A stretch of DNA of 64,000 bases from NCBI GenBank assembly GCA_001780035.1, contig MFEY01000004.1:10399-74398 (forward strand), in the 5' to 3' direction. This DNA is from Candidatus Doudnabacteria bacterium RIFCSPHIGHO2_12_FULL_48_16. GTDB lineage: Bacteria; Patescibacteriota; Doudnabacteria; UBA920; O2-02-FULL-48-8. Made by a program: the position numbers and the translations under genes. Under the pieces are notes generated by a model. That model was not told where the DNA came from and ran no database searches. It saw only the letters and a list, made by a program, of their open reading frames with translations. Shown here piece by piece: positions 27,230 to 36,073 of this stretch (position 1 is the stretch's first letter; the number at the start of each line of letters is the position of its first letter).

Positions 27230-28279
27230 CTATTTTAAATATTTCACCTTGTTGGCGTTATGCTCAGCCAAAGTTTTGGCAAAATAAGCCGTGCCCTCCG
27301 GCGCATTGAGAAAATAGAAATAATCCGACTCGGCCGGAAAAATCGCGGCCCGGATCGAACCAATCCCGGGGTTAGAAATGGGCGTCGGTGGCAAGCCTTT
27401 GACCTGATAAGTATTGTAAGGCGACTTAATTTTAGTGTCTGCAATGGTCACTGAACGGTCGGCTTTGCCCGTAATGTAATTAACTGTGGCATCGGATTCC
27501 AGGCCCATACCGATGCGGAGGCGGTTATAAAACACCGAGGCCACGAGTTCGCGTTCCTTCTGCATGAGGACCAGATCATTCTGGCTAATCACTTCCTTGT
27601 TGCGGCCGACTTCCTTCTCAATGATGGAAGCGACAATTAACTGATCCCCAGAGAGCGCTTGATTGCCCAACTTAACTTCGAAATTCCTAAGCATCTTCTC
27701 AATCAAATCCTGGGGCAAATCAGTTTTACCTATCTTATAAGTGTCCGGATACAAAAAACCTTGGTAATTGAACTTGAGCCCAAGTTGAGAAAACTTGGTA
27801 TTAAAATCGTCGCGGGTCAACGCATGCTGAAAATCCACTTCCGCAAAGACATTTTTCTGCGCCAGGTTGCGGGCAATTTGGTCATTGGTCCAGCCTTCAA
27901 TAATCGTCACGCTCCGATCCGACGGAATGACGCGGCCGTGCGTGATTACGTCCACGATTTCGGCAATGCTCATATTGCGATCCAGCTGATACTGACCGGC
28001 CTGAATTTTGGCCGCCGCATGATTGATGTAAGTGTAAGCCCAAAAGATCACTGGGCTGCCGATTAATTTTTGCGCGGTTAAGTCCCTACCGATCCTCTGG
28101 GCGGTCGCGCCCGGTTTGATCTCAAACGCCACCGGATAACTGTCCGAGCTTTGGGCATGATGGACCTTGGTTAAATAAATGGCGACCAAGACCAAAACAG
28201 CCGCCAAGCCCAAGCCGGCGGCCAGGCTGGCGATTTTGATTCGGCTTTTATTTGGCTTTTGGACGGAATAATCTTCCAT
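27230..28279 (-). CDS. mltG: Endolytic murein transglycosylase (YceG family)
   Basis: N-terminal TM, YceG-like core with YNTYQVKGLPPTPISNPG. Confidence 0.8.
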   Translation of the reverse strand: MEDYSVQKPNKSRIKIASLAAGLGLAAVLVLVAIYLTKVHHAQSSDSYPVAFEIKPGATAQRIGRDLTAQKLIGSPVIFWAYTYINHAAAKIQAGQYQLDRNMSIAEIVDVITHGRVIPSDRSVTIIEGWTNDQIARNLAQKNVFAEVDFQHALTRDDFNTKFSQLGLKFNYQGFLYPDTYKIGKTDLPQDLIEKMLRNFEVKLGNQALSGDQLIVASIIEKEVGRNKEVISQNDLVLMQKERELVASVFYNRLRIGMGLESDATVNYITGKADRSVTIADTKIKSPYNTYQVKGLPPTPISNPGIGSIRAAIFPAESDYFYFLNAPEGTAYFAKTLAEHNANKVKYLK

Positions 28280-28346
28280 ATGGCTATTATGGCAAATTAA
28301 AATCCCGGCTTCAACCGGGTTCTTGATTCTAGATTCTTGATTCTGT

Positions 28347-28826
28347 TTATTGGCGTAGACTGACGCGCTCCTCCCGGCTGCCGAACAGCTGCACCACCAC
28401 GGTCGTGCCGTTGGAGTTGACGGTCGCTAAGCCGACCTCGGAATAAAAAGGCGACAGGATATTGGCCCGATGCGAGCTTGAGGCCATGAGCGATGATTCG
28501 AGTTCCAAAGGATCAGTAAACCCTAGGGCTAAATTTTCCCCGGCATACGCGTAATCGTAGCCGAGGGCCTTGAACCAATGCCAGGGCTCAATGCCTTGCG
28601 GCGAAGTGTGCGCAAAATATTTATTGGCGGCCATATCCTGGGCCTTGGCCAGAGCAGCCAGATTCAGAGTCGGGTTAATTTCAAGAGCCGCCAAACCGCG
28701 GCTTTGGCGGTCGTGGTTGAGGGTATTCAAAATATCGCCAATGGCCAAAGTTTGGGGCGACAAACTCGAGCCGGAAAGCGCGAATAAACCCAAAATTAGC
28801 AAGCCTAAACGCAATTTAAAAGCCAT
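28347..28826 (-). CDS. Secreted CAP/SCP/PR1-like domain protein
   Basis: Signal peptide, HDRQSRGL, GENLA, SSSHRANIL motifs. Confidence 0.65.
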   Translation of the reverse strand: MAFKLRLGLLILGLFALSGSSLSPQTLAIGDILNTLNHDRQSRGLAALEINPTLNLAALAKAQDMAANKYFAHTSPQGIEPWHWFKALGYDYAYAGENLALGFTDPLELESSLMASSSHRANILSPFYSEVGLATVNSNGTTVVVQLFGSREERVSLRQ

Positions 28827-28837
28827 TTGTATTTTTA

Positions 28838-28934
28838 CCCCGTTAGAGATAACCAGTTTAGTATCTACACCGGGTGTTTATTTATCACTAAGTCATTGAT
28901 TAAATGCCGCTTTTGCAGATAATCTCTAACGGGG
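28838..28934 (-). repeat. Inverted-repeat element copy c (CCCCGTTAGAGAT...ATCTCTAACGGGG), 11 nt upstream of the CAP gene ATG
   Basis: Same arm family with a G variant; TGCTATAAT promoter about 60 nt upstream. Confidence 0.6.
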
Positions 28935-29139
28935 TGAATTTTTGTTTTGTTTTTGTTTCGACAGTTGTCTTTTGTGACAGAGAGATTCTCTGTAAACTTT
29001 CTACTTATATTATAGCATATATTACTCCGACGCGCAAGACCTTTCAAGAATCTTTCTTAAGTCTTGTAGTCGGAGCCCCGATTTCATTAAAAATATTAAT
29101 AGCAGACGTCGGGGTAGCAAATTTTTCGGCATCCGTCAA

Positions 29140-29159
29140 CCTGCCTGCCGGCAGGCAGG
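29140..29159. repeat. Perfect palindrome CCTGCCTGCCGGCAGGCAGG, copy 1
   Basis: Identical 20-mer at 29935 and 59653. Confidence 0.8.
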
Positions 29160-29228
29160 TTAAAAAAACAGCCGCTGGTGTGCGGCTGCTTGATTTTTGA
29201 TGAAAACTGGAAAGAACTATAAAAAGTT

Positions 29229-29927
29229 TTAGGATTTGATGTCTTTTTCAATCATATCCAAAACCTTGGATGCGTGCTCCTTACCACCGAGGCCAAATGC
29301 GAGTCCGCCGGCAATTGCCAGCATGGCAATAATGCCGGTAAACAACGTTTGGACGAACGGCTGAGCAACTCCGAGCTGGTCTAAGGTCGCAAGAACCGTA
29401 AAGACCATAACTGCCCATTGGGTAATTGAACCCAAAAGATCAGCGGAGTGAAGACCGGCAGCTTTGACGCTGTGGCGGACCAGGCGGGCCAAGAATTGAG
29501 CCACCATGGTGCCGATCAGCATAATACCAGCTGCGGCAATCACCATCGGAATATAAGCCAGCACGCTGTTTAAGAACGCGGAAATTTGGGTGAGGCCGAG
29601 TATGTCTGCCGCAGCCAAGAAGATAGCTACGAGCAGGAACCATTTAACCAGCCAGGCCACCGTGCCGGAGACACTCATTCTGACCCCAGTGCGGGCGGAC
29701 AATTCGTCCAGACCCAGCTTGTCGCCGACTTCATCGAGTTTGAGCGAGTTGAGAACTTGTTTGACAAGTTTGGCCACAAACACGGCCACAACCCAGCCCA
29801 CGATCAGGATGATAACTGCGACCAGGAATTCCGGCAGAAATCCGATCAGGCGACTATAAAGAGCCTGAAGTGACGTGGTCACTGCCGAAGAATAAGCGTT
29901 ACCATAATAAGTTGACATTGAATTCAC
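29229..29927 (-). CDS. Membrane protein with two conserved-TM-helix-type repeats (hypothetical)
   Basis: Multi-TM; internal repeat architecture. Flanked on both sides by the 20-nt palindrome. Confidence 0.5.
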   Translation of the reverse strand: MNSMSTYYGNAYSSAVTTSLQALYSRLIGFLPEFLVAVIILIVGWVVAVFVAKLVKQVLNSLKLDEVGDKLGLDELSARTGVRMSVSGTVAWLVKWFLLVAIFLAAADILGLTQISAFLNSVLAYIPMVIAAAGIMLIGTMVAQFLARLVRHSVKAAGLHSADLLGSITQWAVMVFTVLATLDQLGVAQPFVQTLFTGIIAMLAIAGGLAFGLGGKEHASKVLDMIEKDIKS

Positions 29928-29934
29928 CCCCTTC

Positions 29935-29954
29935 CCTGCCTGCCGGCAGGCAGG
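29935..29954. repeat. Perfect palindrome CCTGCCTGCCGGCAGGCAGG, copy 2; 8 nt upstream of the RBS GGGAAGGGGG of gene 29229-29927
   Basis: Identical to the other two copies. Confidence 0.8.
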
Positions 29955-30505
29955 CGCTTCCCTCAGCGCCTTATGCGACAGGATATCCGATCAAATGATC
30001 GAACTCGACCTAGTTAATTTTCCAATTCACCCCCCACACCAGAAAACAGTGCGATGGATGCCCCAGACTTCACCAGTCTAGAAAAATATCTTAAAACGAA
30101 AACATTTTTCACGACTTGTGGTGTGGGGGTTAACTTGGAATCAAAGTTAATTAGACGCGATCCGAATGGTCCGAATTTTCATCCGAATTACCCGAATAAC
30201 TGCTGTTTAAAACTCTTTTCGGCTTCAGATAAGCTGCTCTGAAATTTATTATTAAGCCAAGTTCCGCATTAGCCGCCCGGAGATATCTTTGCATGCATAC
30301 CTGGAAACAAATGCCGGTTATTTGATAAGACTCTTTGGGAAATATTATTCGTGGCATTCGGATGCATTCGTGGATTAGGATCGCGTTTATATCCAGGAAT
30401 CACGATAAGCAAGACAAAAAGACCAAGGCCCGAAATATCGGTTTTACTTGGCAAATCGACAATTGAGCTTGTCTTTTGTTTCCATCAAATTTTATCGTTA
30501 TATAT

Positions 30506-30514
30506 ATTATAGCA
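30506..30514 (-). promoter_or_regulatory. Extended -10 TGCTATAAT (minus strand) at the start of a roughly 550-nt leader
   Basis: Motif match. Confidence 0.4.
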
Positions 30515-30592
30515 CATTTTGGAATCGCCGTCAATGAGCCAATAAAAAACGGGTCAACGGTAAGCTTTGTCATGCTTTCCGTTGACCCCACG

Positions 30593-32092
30593 TCAGATGG
30601 CGAACAGGCGTTCGGCGATCCCGAAGTGGATGCCGACGTCGTCCCTCACCGTCAGCCGGTTACCCTGAGGATCTTCGCCGGTGCCGCACGGAATCGTGCG
30701 GACCTTACCATCGGCGAACATGCGGTAGAGCTTGTCGCGCAGCGCGTCAGCGACCTGGCCCCGGTTCTCTCCCGGCTTGACGGTCGCGTTGCCGATCAGA
30801 TACGCGACACGCGTGCCATCCGAGATGAAGGTCCCATCCTTGTAGCCCATCCCCGCCGGCAGCAGGGTCACGTTGTTCTTCTTGAGCCCCTTGAGATCAA
30901 GCATCATCGGCTCGCCCGGCTTGTGGCGCCAAGGGTAGCCTTTGTATTCCCCGCCCGGGCCGGGACCGGTGACGAGCGCGATAGTCATCGCGATCTGGTC
31001 ATCCCTCACATCCGGCTTGACCTCGTCGAGGTGCCCTTCGAACATCGCCATGATCAGCTGGCCGAAGTTGCGCACGAGGCGCAGCATGACCTGGAACTCC
31101 GGTTCGGGCGGCCGAATGTTGATCTCGCAGACGCGAATCGACGCCGGCTTGCCGAACTCGTTGAAGAACACCATGCATCCCGGATACAGGATGCAGGGCC
31201 GCAGGATGCCGCGGCGCCTCATCTCCTCGATCAACGGCCGGAAAACTTGCTTTACCGCCATCTCGAGCAGTTCCTGAGAATGCACGGGGTGCGGCCCCAG
31301 GCTCGCCATGCCACCGGTCACCGGATTGTTCCGGCTGATCTGACCGGCGAACCGGCCCTGGTAGTCCATGGCCGTGGGCAGGATCTGGAAGTTGCCGTGC
31401 ACGTCGACGAGGGCAGTGAAGCTGACCTCGATTCCCGCCATGTAGGACTCCATGAGCAGGGGCCAGGGAAGACCCGGCCCAAGCAACTTCCTGTAGGACT
31501 CGGCGTAATCTGCCATCAGCGTCTCGTAGACTTCGCGGATCTCCCACGGGCTGCCGATGAACCGCGCGCCTTTGCCCGCCGCCTGGAACGGATACTTCGC
31601 ATAGGCGCCGCCGTGCTGTTCCAGGTATCGCAGACACGCTCTGAGAAACGGCTGGTAATGCCTGGCTTCGATCGCAACCCAGTCGGGAGCCACCGGCACC
31701 CGCGCCGAAGCGCAGAGTTGTTTGCATGTTACCTTGTCGCCCTCGATGAATGAAGCCGCCGCGGTCAGGCCGGCGACCCGGTCCCCGAACCCCGCTTCGG
31801 TCATCCGATCCACGAAGCCGTCGATCTGCAGGGCTTCCGGCATCGGCACCACGTAGTCGATTTCGTCGTCTGACAGCGCGCGCAGCACACGCGCGGCGTA
31901 ATCCTGCACCGAGGAACCTCCCGGCACCTCGAGGAAATCAACTGGCCAGCCAGCCAGTTCGGCATAGGGCTTCATTGCGGGCATGCCACGAATCACCACT
32001 CCCTGGAACTCGCCTTTCTCGCCGCTACGGCTGACAGTCAGTGCCGAAAGAAACGTGCGGGCGTCAGAGCCTGCAAATCCGATTCGCTTCAT
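30593..32092 (-). CDS. ATP-grasp ligase of the PurD (phosphoribosylamine--glycine ligase) family, with a long N-terminal extension
   Basis: CEINIRPPEPEFQVMLRL aligns with PurD EFNCRFGDPETQPIMLRM; AAGKGARF aligns with AAGKGVIV. High GC. Confidence 0.6.
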   Translation of the reverse strand: MKRIGFAGSDARTFLSALTVSRSGEKGEFQGVVIRGMPAMKPYAELAGWPVDFLEVPGGSSVQDYAARVLRALSDDEIDYVVPMPEALQIDGFVDRMTEAGFGDRVAGLTAAASFIEGDKVTCKQLCASARVPVAPDWVAIEARHYQPFLRACLRYLEQHGGAYAKYPFQAAGKGARFIGSPWEIREVYETLMADYAESYRKLLGPGLPWPLLMESYMAGIEVSFTALVDVHGNFQILPTAMDYQGRFAGQISRNNPVTGGMASLGPHPVHSQELLEMAVKQVFRPLIEEMRRRGILRPCILYPGCMVFFNEFGKPASIRVCEINIRPPEPEFQVMLRLVRNFGQLIMAMFEGHLDEVKPDVRDDQIAMTIALVTGPGPGGEYKGYPWRHKPGEPMMLDLKGLKKNNVTLLPAGMGYKDGTFISDGTRVAYLIGNATVKPGENRGQVADALRDKLYRMFADGKVRTIPCGTGEDPQGNRLTVRDDVGIHFGIAERLFAI

Positions 32093-32136
32093 GGGTCCAC
32101 TCTCCTTCTAAAAATCCCCCTGCAACTTGATTTCAT

Positions 32137-32173
32137 AGCTTATCACTTTGTCCGCGCTTGGGCAAATAAAAAA
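32137..32173 (-). promoter_or_regulatory. Duplicated promoter-like module TAGCTTATCACTTTGTCCGCGCTTGGGCAAATAAAAA, copy 1, upstream of the purD-like gene
   Basis: Identical 37-mer at 33000-33036. The minus strand gives TTGCCC-N17-TAAGCT. Confidence 0.5.
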
Positions 32174-32228
32174 CGTCAACGGAAGCCTCCCAACTTCCGC
32201 TGACGTATCGTGAGAAAACAGGCCTCGT

Positions 32229-32963
32229 CTACCCCTTCGGGAAGATATGCCGGGCGCAGCGCTTGATCTGGTCGAGTAGCGCCGCTTCGTGGGGGAGAAC
32301 CAGATCGTCGTCGAACTTGATCTCCTGCACGCGGTTCTCCGAGAATGCCCGAAGGGTTCTGATCTGCACCTCGTGCTCGAACGGCAGGAGGCGCGCGGCC
32401 AGAGTCTCGGGATCATCGGTCTTGATCTCGATCGAGGATCGGGCGTAGTCGAGCACCGCGCCCTCGTCGAATTCCACCGTGACCCGCTGAGCCACGGCTT
32501 CGGTCCAGAAGTTGCGCTGCATCTCGCGCACGAATGCCAAGCGCGCGCAATGGGTCTGCCGGCCGTGCAGCTTGCCGAAGTCAGGCCGGCCGGGACGGAT
32601 CGGGCCGGCGTGCTGATTGACTGCCATGCCCGCAAACGCTTCGATGAGATTGGCTGGCGTCCTGGGGATCCAGCCATACTGGCCCCAAAAATCAGCGCCA
32701 CACCGCCGCGTGATCCGCAACAGTTCTTCGCCGTAGGCTTCGGGCGAGGAGAATTCCGACTTCTTGACCACGAAGATGTCCCTGCCCATCTCGAGCCCAT
32801 GCGCCTCGGCCTTCATGATCGCGCCGATCCCGTCCGTGCTCGCGATCACGCACGCCGGTTCAACGTAAGGCAGACGGCTATCCTTAGTTGCCTGCAGGAT
32901 CTGGTTCATGGTCGTGCCGCCGCCGGATACCGCGAGCGCCACCCGTAACTTATTTCCTCTCAC
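32229..32963 (-). CDS. Formyltransferase of the PurN/Fmt family (PurN-like)
   Basis: VALAVSGGGTT N-terminus, NQHAGPI (N-x-H-x-x-LP-type) and downstream H and D. Probable GTG start after AAGGGGGA. Confidence 0.55.
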   Translation of the reverse strand: MRGNKLRVALAVSGGGTTMNQILQATKDSRLPYVEPACVIASTDGIGAIMKAEAHGLEMGRDIFVVKKSEFSSPEAYGEELLRITRRCGADFWGQYGWIPRTPANLIEAFAGMAVNQHAGPIRPGRPDFGKLHGRQTHCARLAFVREMQRNFWTEAVAQRVTVEFDEGAVLDYARSSIEIKTDDPETLAARLLPFEHEVQIRTLRAFSENRVQEIKFDDDLVLPHEAALLDQIKRCARHIFPKG

Positions 32964-32999
32964 ACGTCCCCCTTTGAGAATAATAAAAAGGACTTCCAG

Positions 33000-33036
33000 A
33001 TAGCTTATCACTTTGTCCGCGCTTGGGCAAATAAAA
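33000..33036 (-). promoter_or_regulatory. Duplicated promoter-like module, copy 2, upstream of the purN-like gene
   Basis: See copy 1. Confidence 0.5.
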
Positions 33037-33098
33037 ACACCGCTTGATGAGGGCGGAGTTTTTAGGTTTGAATTCTGGTTTAACCCGTCTGACGGGTT

Positions 33099-33383
33099 TT
33101 AGAGAATCGCGTCTTTGGCAGCTTTGGCTACCCGGAACTTCACGACCGTCTTAGCGGCAATCTTGATCGATTCGCCGGTGGCGGGGTTGCGGCCCATGCG
33201 GGCATCGCGGTGCTTTTTGAGCAGCTTGCCCAAACCCGGGATGGTGAACTCACCATTGTTCTTAGCTTCGCTGTAAGCCAGATTGGCAATAGCTTCCAGC
33301 ATTTCGCCGACCTCTTTGCGGGTCTTGCCGGTCTTTTCGGCAAGCGCGTTGAGGGTTTCGGACTTGGTCATACCTTTGGCCAT
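33099..33383 (-). CDS. hup: DNA-binding protein HU/IHF family
   Basis: Typical HU sequence GEFTIPGLGKL...RNPATGESIKI. Confidence 0.85.
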   Translation of the reverse strand: MAKGMTKSETLNALAEKTGKTRKEVGEMLEAIANLAYSEAKNNGEFTIPGLGKLLKKHRDARMGRNPATGESIKIAAKTVVKFRVAKAAKDAIL

Positions 33384-33513
33384 AAGGATACCCTTTCTTA
33401 AATTTTACCCCTACACCACGGCTTGGCGTGAGGGCTTATTAACAATACGTAAACCAGTATAGCAAATCCCCAATGTTTCGGCTAGTCTTTGTCAAGATTC
33501 TCAGCAAGGGGGG

Positions 33514-35295
33514 CTATTTGCTAAACCCGCCGGCTTGAATCTGCCAGAGTTTTTGGTAAACGCCCTGGCGGGCCTTCAGAAGCTCCGCGTGCTTGCCTTC
33601 TTCCACGATTTGGCCTTTTTTGATGACCACGATCCGATCCATCTGCATGATCGTGCTTAAGCGGTGCGCGATTGAGATAGTGGTCTTGCCTTCGATCAAA
33701 TGCTTGAGCGCGTCCTGAATCAGCAATTCGGATTCCGAATCCAGGCTCGAGGTGGCTTCATCCAGAACCAGGATCGGCGCATCCTTAAGAATTGCCCGCG
33801 CGATCGCCACGCGCTGGCGTTCCCCGCCGGAAAGCTTCACACCACGCTCGCCAACAAAGGTATTGTAGCCGTCCGGGAAAGAAGTAATGAACTCGTGAGC
33901 GTGGGCGAGCCGGGCGGCTTCGTATATTTCTTCTTCGGACGCATTCGGCCGCGCGTAAGCGATGTTGTCATAGAGCGACCGATGAAACAGGATCGGATCC
34001 TGCGGCACGAGCGCGATCTGGTCGCGCAAGCTGTCCTGCGTAACTTTCGAAATATCCTGACCGTCGATCAGGATCGCGCCTTCCTGAATGTCGAAAAATC
34101 GCAGCAGCAATTTGACGATCGTGGTTTTGCCGCCGCCCGACGGGCCAATCAGGGCCACCCGCTCCCCCGGCGCAATCGTCAGATTGAAATCGCCAAAGAC
34201 TTTGCGCTTGCCGCTGTAATTGAAGCTGATGTGGTTGAAATTAATCTGGCCTTTGGCCACGCGTAGGGGCTGGGCCTGCGGCGCATCCTGAATTTCATGC
34301 GGCGCGGTCAGAATCTCGGTCATCTCTTCCGCATCGCCCAAGCGCGAATAGATATTTTTTATCTGCCGGCCCAGATCCCACAACCGCTGGAACATTTGGA
34401 TCATATAACCTTGCAACAGGGCAAAATCGCCCAAAGTCAAACCACCCTGTTTCCAGCTTTTGACCGCCAAAGTCAGAATGGTAAATTCCAAAATGGCAAA
34501 CAAAGCCCCTTGGATAGCCTCGTTGATCGAACCCAAATCCCAAGTCCACTTCCTGACCAGATATTGCTTCAGGGTCAGGCGGCTAAACGATTTCGATTCC
34601 CTGCTCAAGCCCCCGAACAATTTCACATTGATGTTGTTGGTCACCGTATCCGCCAGGCGGCCGCCGACTTCCGTATCCAGTTCCGCGCTGGTCACGTCAT
34701 ATTTCAATTTGTATAGAGCGAACCAAACCGTGAACGCCACAAACACCGCCGACCAGATCAAAACGACCAGGGCAAAAATCGGCTTCAGGAAATATAAAAC
34801 CGCGGCGATGATGATGATCTTGATTGCCGTTGGCATCAGGCTCCAGTAGATCTGGTCCGTGATGTCCTCGAAGGCCCGCTCGTATCGGCCGATTTTTTTG
34901 ACCAGGCTGCCGGCAAAGTTATTGCTGAAGAAATTGAATGAGTGCCGGTGCAGATAATTGAAACAGGTATTGAGCAGATCCCGCATGATGCTGGGCTGAA
35001 AAACGTTGTTGACGAATGTCGCCAACCGCCAAAACAGCCAGGCCACCGCGGCAGCGGCCAGGATCTTGGTCACCACCATCAGAATCGGCGCCACCGGAGC
35101 GTTAGCCGCCAACAGGTTGAACAATTGCTTATAAAAATACGGGCCAAAGGATTCGGCCGCCGTTGCCCCGAGCAGGCCGATGGTCAATAGCAAAATCAGC
35201 CCAGGATAGCGCCGGGCATGCTGCCAAAATATTCGAAATGTCTGTTTACTCTTGAAATCCATAAATATAAGCAAGCCAAATAAAGCCTGCTCCAC
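33514..35295 (-). CDS. ABC exporter, fused permease and ATPase (MsbA-like)
   Basis: 6-TM N-terminal half, Walker A GPSGGGKTT, LSGGERQRVAIARAIL. Confidence 0.85.
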   Translation of the reverse strand: MEQALFGLLIFMDFKSKQTFRIFWQHARRYPGLILLLTIGLLGATAAESFGPYFYKQLFNLLAANAPVAPILMVVTKILAAAAVAWLFWRLATFVNNVFQPSIMRDLLNTCFNYLHRHSFNFFSNNFAGSLVKKIGRYERAFEDITDQIYWSLMPTAIKIIIIAAVLYFLKPIFALVVLIWSAVFVAFTVWFALYKLKYDVTSAELDTEVGGRLADTVTNNINVKLFGGLSRESKSFSRLTLKQYLVRKWTWDLGSINEAIQGALFAILEFTILTLAVKSWKQGGLTLGDFALLQGYMIQMFQRLWDLGRQIKNIYSRLGDAEEMTEILTAPHEIQDAPQAQPLRVAKGQINFNHISFNYSGKRKVFGDFNLTIAPGERVALIGPSGGGKTTIVKLLLRFFDIQEGAILIDGQDISKVTQDSLRDQIALVPQDPILFHRSLYDNIAYARPNASEEEIYEAARLAHAHEFITSFPDGYNTFVGERGVKLSGGERQRVAIARAILKDAPILVLDEATSSLDSESELLIQDALKHLIEGKTTISIAHRLSTIMQMDRIVVIKKGQIVEEGKHAELLKARQGVYQKLWQIQAGGFSK

Positions 35296-35384
35296 TTAAT
35301 AAGACGTGTTTGCTTGCGCTTTGTTTCAAAATGGAACAATATTGAAACTTTTGCCGATTTTTGTTATAGTATCCAAGCAGTTTG

Positions 35385-35459
35385 GCCCAGATAGCTCAGC
35401 TGGTAGAGCAGCTCCATGGTAAGGAGCAGGTCAGCGGTTCAAATCCGCTTCTGGGCTCC
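35385..35459 (+). tRNA. tRNA-Thr (anticodon GGT)
   Basis: Hand-folded cloverleaf; anticodon loop ATGGTAA, T-loop GGTTCAAATCC, encoded CCA. Confidence 0.75.
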
Positions 35460-35503
35460 AGAAACGCCTGACGTTTCCAGAGAATTAATTCTAGCAATAA
35501 TAT

Positions 35504-35659
35504 ATGTCTCAGGACAGCCGAATCTCGATGGAGTGCACTATTTGCCACCATGTCAATTATGATTCCCGCAAGAACAAAAAATTGACCCCGAACCGCTTGG
35601 TAATCGAAAAATTCTGCAAGTGGTGCAAGAAACACACTCAACACAAAGAAACTAAGTGA
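35504..35659 (+). CDS. rpmG: Ribosomal protein L33
   Basis: Hand translation MSQDSRISMECTICHHVNYDSRKNKKLTPNRLVIEKFCKWCKKHTQHKETK shows the C-x-x-C...C-x-x-C zinc ribbon and a KKHTQHKE tail. Missed by the ORF track because it is under 60 aa. Confidence 0.7.
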   Translation: MSQDSRISMECTICHHVNYDSRKNKKLTPNRLVIEKFCKWCKKHTQHKETK

Positions 35660-35678
35660 TTAGTTTCTTTTCGGATAC

Positions 35679-35752
35679 GGGGGCGTGGTGAAGTGGTATC
35701 ACAAGGGTCTCCAAAACCTTTGTCGGGGGTTCGATTCCCTCCGCCCCTGCCA
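35679..35752 (+). tRNA. tRNA-Trp (anticodon CCA)
   Basis: Anticodon loop CTCCAAA, T-loop GGTTCGATTCC, encoded CCA. Confidence 0.75.
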
Positions 35753-36073
35753 ATAAAAATTCTATCGAGTTACCGAGAAGGCTTAGATAATATTCGAGAC
35801 CAAAAACACAGCTTATGCGACTCGTGTTTTTTGTTTGTACTATTTACGCAATCAGTCTGACGGCTTTTTCCTTGAAAGCCAGTCTTGATTTTAGACAACT
35901 GAGGATGTTGCATTTCTCGACGCTACTGCCATGTTGGAGCACGTACTTGGTGTAGTTTTTCAGTTCAACATCCTTGACCTGGATTTTGTCTTTATTGTTC
36001 GAGCTTCGCAGAAAATCATTAAAATGCTAAAATATTAGTAAATGATTAACTTTTGGAAATAGAATAATAAAAT

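Noticed and set aside
29113-29131. Shared 17-nt motif TTTT(C)CGGCATCCGTCAA at 26866 and 29113 as a novel element
   Set aside because: On the minus strand it reads TTGACG (-35-like). At 26866 it pairs with a TAAAAT -10 (the rplJ promoter), while the 29113 copy lacks a -10. It is probably a promoter-derived fragment rather than a distinct element.
30476-32948. Many long overlapping ORFs in the track on both strands (for example 30476-31753 +, 30999-31727 -, 32108-32800 -, 32289-32948 +)
   Set aside because: These are artefacts of high GC (few stop codons). The low-complexity R/P/G/A-rich translations overlap the credible PurD-like and PurN-like genes.
35753-36073. secE-like or other small gene after tRNA-Trp
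   Set aside because: Only a 47-aa hydrophobic ORF with no SecE signature; region treated as noncoding.
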